A DNA stretch of 64,000 nt from Diplonema japonicum (lineage: Eukaryota; Protista; Euglenozoa: Diplonemea): NCBI GenBank assembly GCA_964019335.1, contig OZ025742.1, positions 62,001 through 126,000 on the forward strand, in the 5' to 3' direction. Below the pieces are notes generated by a model. The model did not search any database. It had not been told where the DNA came from and saw only the letters and a list, made by a program, of their open reading frames with translations. Numbering within the stretch: position 1 is the stretch's first letter; each line of letters starts with the position of its first letter. The translations under genes were made by a program, and so were the position numbers. Of the stretch, positions 53,266 through 63,797 are shown in pieces.

Positions 53266-55092
53266 ATGCGAGATGAGAAAAATGGAACTACAAGCCCCGC
53301 CGCGCTCTCAACTGGGGACCGTGCGCTCTCAGGTGCAACAGCAGGGGCCATATCGAGAACGGTGACGGCGCCTCTGGACAGGGTCAGGATTCTGTACCAG
53401 GTCAACCCCAACAGAGAGTTCAGCATGAAGGCCGCGATGAAAACGACAAAAACAATATACTCCTCAACAGGAGTAGCCGGCCTTTGGAGAGGAAACGGCG
53501 CTGCCTTGGTAAGGGTAATGCCTTACTCAAGCGTTCTATTCTGCTCCTACCCAACCTACGAGACCAGCGTGCAGCACCTTATGACGACTGAAAACAAAGT
53601 GGCTGTTCGGTTCACTGCTGGCGCACTTGCTGGTGCAACCGCCACTACTTTAACATACCCACTAGATCTTCTCCGGGCTCGTATGGCAGCGCACTGGGGA
53701 CCAACACCATTGTACTCGGGGTACATTGAGGGCATCCAAACGATAATAAAAACAGAAGGACCTGCTGCGTTATTCCACGGGATCCGCCCGACATTGTACG
53801 GGATCGTCCCGTACAGCGGTGTTGGGTTTATGTCGTTTGAAACATTGAAGGCGATGCTGATGGATCGGTACCAGTTGCAAACCGATAAGGAAATTCCCAC
53901 GCCTCACCGTCTAGCTGCCGGAGCTCTGTCTGGCATTGTAGCGCAATCCTCCACTTACCCTTTACACGTCGTCAGACGCCGGATGCAGGTGGGCGGGTCA
54001 GTACATTCCGGAATGTCTCTCGTGCAAGCTTTCAAAACTATCTTCAGATCTGAAGGCATATCCGGTTTGCTGAAGGGAATTTCTTTAACATACGCAAAGG
54101 GTCCTGTATCGGTGGCGCTTGGGTTTACTTTGAACGATTTGCTTAAATCGAACCTGACAGATGTGCGAGCGAGATCGTCGTCGCGGCATAAAGCAGCGGA
54201 GTGGGAGGATGAAGGGAGAAAACTAACAGCAGTCGAGTCGCTCTTTGCAGGCGGGGTTGCAGGATGCGCAGCGAAGACAACCATCGCCCCCGCCGATCGG
54301 ATTAAAATCGTTTTTCAAATCGGGTCTGAACGGTATTCCCTATCAGCAGCAGTGAACCTTGCCACAAAAGTTGTGAAGGACTCCGGAGTTCTCGGTTTGT
54401 GGAGGGGCAACGGTGCCACATTGATCAGAGTGGTCCCTTATTCTGGAACAACGTACCTCACCTACGACCGGTACCTCAGTGTCATATCCAACACGTTTAA
54501 AAAAGAACAACCCACCGCATTGCATTTGTTCGCTGCGGGCTCGATGGCAGGTGTGACCGCAACTGCACTGACGTACCCGTTGGACCTTCTTCGAGCGAGG
54601 ATGGCCGCAAATGTCAGCGGGGAAGGAATTGGTTATCGCGGTGCCTTCCGACAAGTTGTTGAAAAAGAAGGCCACTCGCAGCTTTTTGCAGGGCTTCGAC
54701 CAACATTGATAGGGATCATCCCTTATGCAGGGCTGTCTTTTATGACTTTTGAAACGTTGAAGGCGAGTATTCGAGATCGGTTAAGGCTTCGGAGGGACCG
54801 TGACATCCCTACACCTCTGAGGTTGATGTCTGGTGGTTTTGCCGGGCTTGTCGCGCAGTCTGCTACGTACCCGTTGGATATCATTAGGCGTAGGATGCAG
54901 ACAGGAAAGTTGTGCTCGGTTCTTCCCTTGCAGCATGCGATCCGGCATGTTCTAGAGACTGAAGGTTGGCGGTCTTTATATCGCGGACTGTCCATGAACT
55001 GGTTGAAGGGACCTGTTGCAATTGCCATCTCCTTCACTACGAACGATGCAATAAAGAACCATTTCAGGGATGCAAACTACGCTGGTGCGTAG
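53266..55092 (+). CDS. Double-length mitochondrial carrier (six Solcar repeats), CoA-carrier (SLC25A42/SLC25A16)-like
   Basis: Six Px[DE]xx[RK]-type motifs (PLDRVR, PLDLLR, PLHVVR, PADRIK, PLDLLR, PLDIIR). The two halves are clearly homologous (LWRGNGA.L.RV.PY; FETLK). Confidence 0.9.
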   Translation: MRDEKNGTTSPAALSTGDRALSGATAGAISRTVTAPLDRVRILYQVNPNREFSMKAAMKTTKTIYSSTGVAGLWRGNGAALVRVMPYSSVLFCSYPTYETSVQHLMTTENKVAVRFTAGALAGATATTLTYPLDLLRARMAAHWGPTPLYSGYIEGIQTIIKTEGPAALFHGIRPTLYGIVPYSGVGFMSFETLKAMLMDRYQLQTDKEIPTPHRLAAGALSGIVAQSSTYPLHVVRRRMQVGGSVHSGMSLVQAFKTIFRSEGISGLLKGISLTYAKGPVSVALGFTLNDLLKSNLTDVRARSSSRHKAAEWEDEGRKLTAVESLFAGGVAGCAAKTTIAPADRIKIVFQIGSERYSLSAAVNLATKVVKDSGVLGLWRGNGATLIRVVPYSGTTYLTYDRYLSVISNTFKKEQPTALHLFAAGSMAGVTATALTYPLDLLRARMAANVSGEGIGYRGAFRQVVEKEGHSQLFAGLRPTLIGIIPYAGLSFMTFETLKASIRDRLRLRRDRDIPTPLRLMSGGFAGLVAQSATYPLDIIRRRMQTGKLCSVLPLQHAIRHVLETEGWRSLYRGLSMNWLKGPVAIAISFTTNDAIKNHFRDANYAGA

Positions 55093-56246
55093 GATGTGAG
55101 TCCGGGGATTTTTTTTTTTTTTTTTTTTTTTTGTAGGGAAAAAAAAAAAAAAAAAACGTTTTCGGAAAAAAAAAAAAAAAAAAAGTGAAATATTTTTCTC
55201 CGGGGGAAAAGATACCCTTTGTGTTCCGTTTCTCAAAAAAAAAAAAAAAAAAAAAAAAAAGATGGGGGAGGTTTTTTACTTGCGTGAGGCGTGTTACCTC
55301 TTTTTTTCTTTTTTTTTTTTGAAGGGTTAGAAAGTATGTTTCTTTTTTTTTTTTTCTTTTTCTTCATTGATCCTAATTTTTTTATTGTAATTTATCAAAA
55401 AAAAAAAGAAGGGAGAGAGTTGGAAATTATACCACTACGTGTTGCGCGCAAACTGAAATAAAAGGGGGGAAGGGGGGGGATTTATTTCTATCTGATCCTT
55501 TCTCTTAAACTCTGAGGGGTATGAGAAGGATTGTTTCTGAAACACCTTTTTTTTTTTTTATCTCTTGACCTTAAGGGGTAAGGGAGGAATTGTAGGGGGG
55601 GAAAAAAAAAAAAAAAGAAAGAAGGGTTTTAGTCTCGTTACAAGAGATGCCCCTGAGTATTTTTTTTTTTTTTTTTCTGCGTTAAAAAAAGCACAATTTT
55701 TTTTTTTGTTGATGTGTTGTTTCCTCCTGTTAGCAACACTTGGACCATAAAAAGAAATATATTGAGAACCCAAAAAAAAAAAAAAAAAAAAAGAAAAGAC
55801 AAAAGACAAAGAAACAAAATTGTTACACCACTCATCGTCTTCAGGAGTCATAGTGCCCACGGTTTGCTATAAACAGTTTGGCCGTATAGAGGCTGGGGGG
55901 AAGCTATTGAGGATTGCATGCGCCTCCCGAAGAACATCCAAGGGTTACCAGTCAACCCAGATGTTGAGGCGCTTGATGGGTTTTTCCATAGTGTTTTCTT
56001 TTTTTTTTTTTTTTTTTTTTTTTCTAAATGGCCGGCCTATGACTCTCGCAATTTATGTAACACCAAGGAGGGGGGAAAAAAAGGGGGGGGGGGAAGACCC
56101 CAAAGTTGTCAGTTCAAAAAATGAAGGAAAATAGTTTTTTTTTTTTTTTTTTTTTTTTCCCTTCATTTTGTCCCCGTTTTTTTTTTTACAAAAAAAAAAA
56201 TTAAAAAAAAAAGAGAGGACGCAAAAAAAAAAAAAAAAAAAAAAAA

Positions 56247-56756
56247 ATGAGCGGCCCTGTGGTGTTGACTGCGGATGACCTGAACGACCCGGATCTTTGG
56301 GACGATAGTGAATTAATAGCAGCTTACAACAATGCTGTGCAAATCGCAAAAGGATACAGCGGCCGGATGGAGGGGAAGTGGAGTAAACATGACAAAGGGA
56401 AAAAGAACAAGAAGAAGAAAAGACACGAAACACCTAGACAAGACACCGCTGTGAAAAAAACGAGCAAAAAACAAAAAAAAGAGTCGGAAGCCGTACCTGC
56501 CCCGGTGCCTGCGCAGACCCCACTCCCTACACCGATGCAGGCACCTCAGCAACAGTACTACAGCCACACCGTCCCACCACCCATGCCCATACCCATCAGC
56601 AGTCCGGTAGCGCACTGCCTTCCTATCACCCTCCCGCCTTCAATAACATCGAATCAGTCTCTCTTAAATGAAGTTACGGCTTGGTATAATGCAGGTTACC
56701 AAGCAGGTCTCAATGCCAGCAGGGAAGTTCTCACGCAACGAGGTTTAGCCAGGTAA
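56247..56756 (+). CDS. SMN: Survival motor neuron-like protein, Tudor-less
   Basis: N-terminal Gemin2-binding-like DLWDDSELIAAYNNAV, Lys-rich and Pro-rich linker, C-terminal YG-box-like AWYNAGYQAG. Confidence 0.8.
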   Translation: MSGPVVLTADDLNDPDLWDDSELIAAYNNAVQIAKGYSGRMEGKWSKHDKGKKNKKKKRHETPRQDTAVKKTSKKQKKESEAVPAPVPAQTPLPTPMQAPQQQYYSHTVPPPMPIPISSPVAHCLPITLPPSITSNQSLLNEVTAWYNAGYQAGLNASREVLTQRGLAR

Positions 56757-56829
56757 AGAGAAAAAAAAAAAGAAGAAAAAAAAAAAAGTGAGAGAAATGA
56801 TTTTCTAACTCGGGTTTTTTAAAAGCCGG

Positions 56830-56862
<33 letters not shown>

Positions 56863-57012
56863 CGAGAGGGAAGGACAGGGGGGGGGGAATAATAAAAAAA
56901 AAAGAAACCTGATCGTTTTTTTTTTCCCCCTTTTTTTTATGTCCCCCCCCCCTCACCTTTCTATCAGGTATAAAATTTTTTTAAAAATTCAAATAAAAAA
57001 AATCTAAATGCA

Positions 57013-58983
57013 ATGACCTTCGCAGGCCTGTCCCTGGTGTACTATGTCCTGCTGCTGCAGGACAAACGGGGGCGGGGCCTCCGCGCGGCTGTTGAGGTTT
57101 TGGGAGAAGGCCGGGAAGAACCCGAAGAAACACCGGGCACCCCCGGAGGACACGAGGTGATGATGGCGAAAACAGAATCCAAAAAACCGAAAAACAAGCG
57201 ACCCATCGTGACAGAGGCCGACATCATGGCCCTGCAGGTGGTGGGGAATGTGAAAAAAGGAAAATGCGAAGTCGACCGAAGCCACGTGAACCTCGACTGG
57301 GTCTTCAACGACACGGGAACGGAACAGCCTGCAACAAACGAAAGCAGCTTCAAAACCATTATGACCCTTGACACTTCGTACTTCTGCACCTGCGCGGAGA
57401 CGAACACTGCACCCAACTCAAGCTTTCCTTTAATAAACTCCCCACGATCCGCTTTGACAATATTTCGAAATGGGCTGTGTGTCAAACAACTCTGCAAAAC
57501 CCCGAAACAAACCATTATCTCAGCAGCCGCTTTGGAAGGCCTCACACAAGCCGCCATTACCTACCGATTAACCCATTTGGAATCACGCCGAAAAGCGCTT
57601 TTAAACCACCTTCAATCGCAGTATATTATCACAAAGAACCTTATCACCAGGGAGCATCTTGCTTACAAGGTGAGAAGCAAGTCGCAAACACCCATGGACC
57701 TCGCGTTGTTCTCTGCCACATCAGGGTCAGTCCACAACTGGGGTTCAGGAGGTTCTTCGGGATCTTCCACAAAAGCGGTTCTGCGAAGCCAGAGATTGAT
57801 CAAAGAAAAAAAACTGGGTATTCCAACAGCGCCCCTGGTGTACAACACAGAACTACAGTACAAACTCGGACAGATAAAGTCGAAGGCATGGGATGCAGCG
57901 ACGAAAGAACTGAATTTGAAGAAGAAGCTTGTCAACAGAAACGCAGCGTTCGAAGAAGCAGCGTGCGAGAAGGAAAAACGAGAAGCAAGGGAAAAAGAAC
58001 AGCAACACCTAGCACGCACAGAGCAGACGAAACTCCGCGTGAAACAAATCGCGGAAAAAACAAGAGACCACAAGAAACGGATCATCTTCCTGCGAGAGGC
58101 GGAGGTGGAAAAGCTGGACACCGTAGAACGCAAACTGAATTTACGCGAAACCAAGTTAGAACTACGCCTCGCCGCGCTACGCGAGAACCGAAAAGAACAA
58201 ATGCAGCTTCAAAAAGATTATCTAGAAAGAAAACGTGCCCAGGTTAAGAAATACGGCGAAATCATCGCAAAAGAACAGCAAACAAAAGCGCTGGAACGAC
58301 AATTAAAGGCAGAGGAAGTTCAACAGCGAGAAGCGGATTTAAAAGAGCTGCAGAGGGAGAAGAGCTCTAAGGAGAGGAATAAGAAGCTTGAAGAACGGAG
58401 GGAGCGCTCGAGGATCCAAACCGCCATTATGGAGGGCGCTTTCAAGAAACTGGTGATGATGAAGGCAGAGAAAAGCGAGCGACAAATTCAAAGATTCAAG
58501 GCAAAGCAGCAGAAAACACTGCAGCTAAAGCACGAATTGGGTGTTTTAAAAGATTCAAGGAGCCAGCATATACGGTACCAGGCAGACCTCCGTCATGAGT
58601 CATGGATGGGTAGGACCATAGAGCGTGCGAGGGTGGCAGCCGCTGAGGCAGAGGCAGTAGCCACCGCGCGTAAAACTCAGCAGGCACTTCACAAAGAAGA
58701 ACTCCTTCAACGATCTGCCGACAGGCGCACTGAGAAGGACAGGCTTCTCGTGGCCAGCACCTTCAAGAACATTGCGCTGCTCGAAAAGCAGCAGCAGAAG
58801 CATGAGCACATCGAGTCGCAGCTGCAGCAGAAGTCCGCGGCGGCCCTGGAGGCCCGCGCGCAGAAGTCCAAGATTCGCCTCAAGCGGGAAATGGTGCTCA
58901 GGGAAATTGAAGAATCGGACATCAGGGCGAAGAAGGACCGCGCTTTTAAATCGCACAACATGCAAAGAGAAATCGAAGCTTGA
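57013..58983 (+). CDS. Coiled-coil protein (N-terminal INSPRS motif reminiscent of CCDC177-like proteins)
   Basis: 656-aa ORF with a long E/K/R/Q-rich C-terminal coiled coil. Start uncertain (57013 or 57160). Confidence 0.75.
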   Translation: MTFAGLSLVYYVLLLQDKRGRGLRAAVEVLGEGREEPEETPGTPGGHEVMMAKTESKKPKNKRPIVTEADIMALQVVGNVKKGKCEVDRSHVNLDWVFNDTGTEQPATNESSFKTIMTLDTSYFCTCAETNTAPNSSFPLINSPRSALTIFRNGLCVKQLCKTPKQTIISAAALEGLTQAAITYRLTHLESRRKALLNHLQSQYIITKNLITREHLAYKVRSKSQTPMDLALFSATSGSVHNWGSGGSSGSSTKAVLRSQRLIKEKKLGIPTAPLVYNTELQYKLGQIKSKAWDAATKELNLKKKLVNRNAAFEEAACEKEKREAREKEQQHLARTEQTKLRVKQIAEKTRDHKKRIIFLREAEVEKLDTVERKLNLRETKLELRLAALRENRKEQMQLQKDYLERKRAQVKKYGEIIAKEQQTKALERQLKAEEVQQREADLKELQREKSSKERNKKLEERRERSRIQTAIMEGAFKKLVMMKAEKSERQIQRFKAKQQKTLQLKHELGVLKDSRSQHIRYQADLRHESWMGRTIERARVAAAEAEAVATARKTQQALHKEELLQRSADRRTEKDRLLVASTFKNIALLEKQQQKHEHIESQLQQKSAAALEARAQKSKIRLKREMVLREIEESDIRAKKDRAFKSHNMQREIEA

Positions 58984-59180
58984 AAAAAAAAAAAAAAAAA
59001 TCCTCTCCCCACCCCCCCCCACCCATTCTCCCCTTAAAAAAAATCTCTGCTTTTTCCAAATAAGAGAAACTTTTAAAAAAAAGAATTTTTTTTTTTTTTT
59101 ATGTTTTCAAAACTTCAAAAAAAAAAAAAAGAAAAAGAAAAAAAGGCGGCAATAAAAAAAAAAAAAAAAGGACACCAATA

Positions 59181-60878
59181 ATGCAAGACGAAGAGCGGTC
59201 CTCCGCGTCGCCTGGAACCGACAGCAGCGATGACGAGGTCTGCGGGAAGCAAACACGTCTCCGGGGGTGCGACGACAAGCTGGAGGCCGAGGACGACGAG
59301 GGCTACGTGGAGTACAAGTGGAAGCTCGTCAAGGTCGCGAAGGAACGCCTCCAACACCTCATCACCCAAATGAAATACAGGGTCATGGAGGGCAACGGCG
59401 AGTGCCTGTACGAGATAGGCGTCGACGATTCAGGACACCCAAAGGGCCTAGAAGAAGACGAGTACCAAGAATCTATCCGGACGATCCGCACCATGGCTGA
59501 TCACCTCTCATGTGAGGTCACCATTCTATGCGAGAAAATAGTGAACACTTCACCTGAAATGACATGTTGCGAGCTGCTCATCAGAAAGATAAACCCGTCG
59601 AGTTCCCTCGATCTACGCATTGCGGTATGCGGTAATGTTGATTCCGGGAAATCTACTTTAACCGGAGTTTTAACAACCGGCGAACTAGACAATGGAAGAG
59701 GAAGCGTGCGGCAAGCAGTGTTCTGCCACAAGCATGAAGTCGAAACCGGGCGGACGTCCGCCATCTCTCGACAAACACTTGGTTTTGACGCGCAAGGAAT
59801 TGTTCAGAACTACACAACTGAAGGCGTTCCACATATTTACACCACATCACAAATCGCTGAAAAGTCTTCGAAAATAGTTACGTTGTTCGATCTCGCTGGG
59901 CATGAAAGATATTTGAAAACAACCGTTTTCGGGATGACGGGTTACGCTCCTGACTATGCTGCTGTGGTGGTGTCGGCAAACAATGGGGTTCAAAGAATGA
60001 CGAAAGAACATCTCGGCTTGTGTTTCGCCGTGAAAATCCCCGTTTTCGGGGTCATAACTCGAATCGACAACTGCCCTGAAGAAGTGTTCAAAAACACCCT
60101 CGCCACGTTCAAATCTCTGTTCAGGCAAACCGGTTCCAAGAAAATCCCGTATGTAGTGAAAACGCCGGAGGACGTCCTCATAAGTGTGAAGAATATACAA
60201 GATGACAAGGTGGCCCCGATTTTTTGCGTTTCGAATGTTACAGGTGAAGGGCTCGACCTTCTTAGAAGGTTTATGAACCTCCTCCCGTCAAAAAAAGATT
60301 GGAGCGCCGCGGCATCCGAAAACTTCGAGTGTCTTATTGATAAGACTTACAGTGTTTCCGGTGTCGGTACCGTGGTTTCAGGTGTTGTAACAAAGGGTAA
60401 AATTTCAACTGGGGATCACATTCTCATCGGTCCGGACTACAGAGGCGGGTTCAAGTCTGTTCCGTTAAAAGGAATTCACATTAGAGGTTGTCCTGTTCGC
60501 GAGGTCGCAGCTGGTACCCATGCCTCCTTCGCGCTGAAGAAAGAGAAAAGGTGTTCAATTAGAAAAGGTTCTGTGATATTGGGGAAGCTGCACCCCCCTG
60601 CGATCACTGCATGCACTTCTTTTGAAGCATCCATTGTCATTCTCTTCCATTCAACTACAATCAAGAATAATTACCAGCCGGTGGTGCATTGCCGGACTAT
60701 TAGGCAGTCTGCAAGGGTGCATCTTGAAGAGGACGAGCATTTGCGAACCGGTGAGAAGTCGACGGTAAAATTCACCTTTGCCTTCCGGCCGGAGTACCTC
60801 ACCCCGGGGCTCCGGTTGGTCTTCAGAGACGGGAGCATGAAGGGGCTGGGAACGGTTACCAAGGTGTTTCCTTTGTAG
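59181..60878 (+). CDS. GTPBP1/GTPBP2-family translational GTPase
   Basis: EDDEGYVEYKWKL, GNVDSGKSTL, HKHEVETGRTS, DLAGHERYLKTT and EF-Tu-like domains II/III. Confidence 0.93.
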   Translation: MQDEERSSASPGTDSSDDEVCGKQTRLRGCDDKLEAEDDEGYVEYKWKLVKVAKERLQHLITQMKYRVMEGNGECLYEIGVDDSGHPKGLEEDEYQESIRTIRTMADHLSCEVTILCEKIVNTSPEMTCCELLIRKINPSSSLDLRIAVCGNVDSGKSTLTGVLTTGELDNGRGSVRQAVFCHKHEVETGRTSAISRQTLGFDAQGIVQNYTTEGVPHIYTTSQIAEKSSKIVTLFDLAGHERYLKTTVFGMTGYAPDYAAVVVSANNGVQRMTKEHLGLCFAVKIPVFGVITRIDNCPEEVFKNTLATFKSLFRQTGSKKIPYVVKTPEDVLISVKNIQDDKVAPIFCVSNVTGEGLDLLRRFMNLLPSKKDWSAAASENFECLIDKTYSVSGVGTVVSGVVTKGKISTGDHILIGPDYRGGFKSVPLKGIHIRGCPVREVAAGTHASFALKKEKRCSIRKGSVILGKLHPPAITACTSFEASIVILFHSTTIKNNYQPVVHCRTIRQSARVHLEEDEHLRTGEKSTVKFTFAFRPEYLTPGLRLVFRDGSMKGLGTVTKVFPL

Positions 60879-61710
60879 TTGGGTAATGAATTCTTTTTTC
60901 TTTCTTTTCTTTTTTTTTTTTTTTTCTGTTGAGACGATTGGAAGGCATGCACTTTTCCCTGAGTATTTGAAAAAAAAAAAAAAAAAGAAAACGAACGACC
61001 CCCCAAAAAAAAAAAAGGGAATACATAAAATAAAATTCTTGTATTTTTTTTTTTTTTTTTTGCTATCCTGTCTCGGGTCCTTTGGGATTCTTGCGCCTTG
61101 CGTCAAAAACAGAAATATTTTTTTTTTGGAGGGGAAGGCAAAAAAAAAAAAAAGAAACGAAATGAATAGAGAAGAAAACGAATGTTGAGCCTTAAACCCA
61201 CCTCGCGCCGTTCCTGTCTTTCCTCATCTTCTTTTTCTTAGTCTTCTTTTTTTCTTCCCCCCCCCTCTTTTTTTAGTTTCCCCTTCTTGTGTTGTCACTG
61301 CTGAAAAGAAGCCCACAAAGGGGAATGAAATTATATCAGGAAAAGAGGGAAGGAAGAAGAAAGAAAAAAAAGAAAAAAAAAAACAAGAACCGGATGAAAG
61401 ACTGGCGCTACCACCACCACCTCCCTCTTACACAAACACCAAGGAACGCGAATGGAATTTTTTTTATAATTTATTTTTTATGGTACATATTTTCTTTTTT
61501 TTTTTTCCTACCTGTTCGCATCGTACCGAAAGAAATATAAAAAAAAAAAGAAACACTCCTTGTGTCGAGAAAAAAAAAACTTTTTTTTCAGCACCTTTTT
61601 TCCCCCTTTATTAGTTACCTCTTTGGTGCCTCCACAAATGCACGGTGGCCCGAGAGTGGCTGGGGAGAAAAATAAAATAAAAAATAATTCTCCTTTCTCT
61701 CTTAGTCTTA

Positions 61711-61741
<31 letters not shown>

Positions 61742-62124
61742 CAAAAAAAAAAAAAAAAAAAAAAATGGCTGCAACGAACTCGTTACGCGGCACTATTCAG
61801 TGATTGAACGCTCAGTCTTTTTTTTCTGACAATTGAGTTTTTTTTTTTTGTGCATTTTCCGGAGTAGAATGTTGGAAGGAGTCACGAGTGTAAAGGGGAC
61901 TGGTTTTAGAGAGATGGGGTGCTATTTTCTTTTTATTTTTTAGTTCAACCGCAGAAGAAGAAGAAGAAGAAGAAAAAAAAAAAAAAAAGAACACAACACA
62001 ACAACAACAACTGTGAGAGCCAAACAAGCAGCAAAAAAAGAATTTTTTTTTTTTTTACGGACATTTTTTTTTTTTTTTTACTTAATTTTGTAAAGTTACA
62101 TGAGGAAATTTCTAAAGAGCCATC

Positions 62125-62407
62125 AAAATCAGAAATCACTTTACCGTTCACGTGTAAAAATATAGTGGACCATAAATGTAAAGTAATAGGCCGAATTTGG
62201 CTTAAAAAAATGCCATAAATGTAAAGTAAAATCTGATTTTTACGCTGAGCAATTTCGGACTTTTTCGGCATTCGTCTTCATTTTTTGCATCGTGGCCGCT
62301 AACACCGATCGGGCTAGCCTTCGGGCTAGTGGTAGTCTGGCCGGCTATTTACAAAAATTAAGTAAAATATCATACTAAATAAAAATCAGCCAGATTTTTA
62401 TTTAGTA
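62125..62407. repeat. AT-rich element with nested direct and inverted repeats (possible transposon terminus)
   Basis: 17-bp direct repeat at 62170 and 62213; imperfect IR 62125-62144/62221-62240; CTAGCC-TTCG-GGCTAG hairpin 62314-62329; perfect 15-bp IR 62373-62387/62393-62407. Confidence 0.6.
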
Positions 62408-62822
62408 AATAGTCATTACTTTTTTTTTTTCTCCAAACAATACAAAGTTTTGCAGTTATTTTTTATTTATTTTTTTTTTTTTTTTCCTTTTCATTCACAG
62501 CACCACCTAAAATTTCCTGTGATACTTTAGTATTTCCATTCAAAAACAAAACAAAAAACAAAAAAAAAACCCAGTTTTGCTCTCCATAAGTTAAGGTATA
62601 TGAATTAGAGAAAGGTTGGACTTCAAAAAAAGGGGGAGGGAAAGAAGAAAAAAAAAAAAAAAAAACCACATCCCCCCTTTTTATTATTTCTAAATATTTT
62701 TTTTTTTTTTTTTTTTTTTTCAAAGAAAAAAAAAAAATCTCTCCTTTTTTTTTTTTATTTTTTCCCCTCACCAAAATTAAACCAAACTTTTTTTTCCGGG
62801 GGTCAGCTGAGGGTCTCCTTGA

Positions 62823-62855
<33 letters not shown>

Positions 62856-62861
<6 letters not shown>

Positions 62862-63797
62862 GCCCACTTTTCAAAAGAGCCCGAAAAGCTCAAAACTGTG
62901 GAAAAGCACAGCGAGTACGTGACAAGGGTGATGGGACACAATCCGGGCCCGTTCACACTGCAAGGAAGTAACACATATCTAATCGGAAAGACCAACTCAA
63001 AGGTTTTACTAGACAGCGGAGAAGGAAAAGAAGAGTGGTCCCACACCATAGAAAAAGAGCTCTCCGGCGGCAGCATCTCCAAGATCCTGGTCAGCCACTG
63101 GCACCCGGACCACGTCGGCGGCCTAAAACACCTAAAAAAAATGGATTGCTGCAAGAACGCTGTCTATTACAAGAAACCTGAACCGTATCACGACACCGAA
63201 GCCTTAAAGGACGCAGCAGAGATAGACTTTCAACCCTTGGCCGAAGGCGACGCAATTGAACTACCCGGAGGGGGCACACTAAAAGCCCTACACACCCCAG
63301 GCCACACCACAGACCACATCTGCTTCTATCTTGAAGAGGAAGACACCATTTTCACTGGCGATATCGTGCTTGGAACAGGATCCTCTCACTTCTCCGATTT
63401 ATCAGCCTACATGGCCACATTGAAACGCTTGCTGGGGATCTGTACGGAGGCAACAAAGATCTGCCCCGCGCACGGCCCTGTCGTATTGAACGGAAAAGCA
63501 AAAATTGAGGAGTACATCTCGCACAGGGAAGCTCGGGACGTGCAGATCCTTGCCAACATAGACGGCAACACAGCCCACGTTCTTGTTGCAAAGCTTTATA
63601 AAGATGTGCCTGAGCATCTTCACAAGGCAGCGGAGACCAATATCATCTTGCACCTTTTGAAACTCGAGACGGAGGGGAAGGTAACGGCCGACCGCACGCC
63701 CCATGAGGATCTGTCCAACACCACCCCACCCCCCGAGCTGCATGACATCTTCCATCTTGTCATGCCCAACTTGAAAACTATTTGGAATCGTGTGTGA
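62856..63797 (+). CDS. LACTB2: Metallo-beta-lactamase-fold endoribonuclease LACTB2-like
   Basis: NPGPFTLQGSNTYLIG, SHWHPDHVGG, TPGHTTDH, FTGDIVLG, PAHGP and C-terminal winged-helix-like HLLKLETEGKV. Confidence 0.85.

Noticed and set aside
7636-63797. Apparent clustering of RNA-metabolism genes (BUD23, SLBP, SMN, GTPBP, LACTB2)
   Set aside because: They are dispersed among unrelated genes, as expected by chance in a directional cluster.
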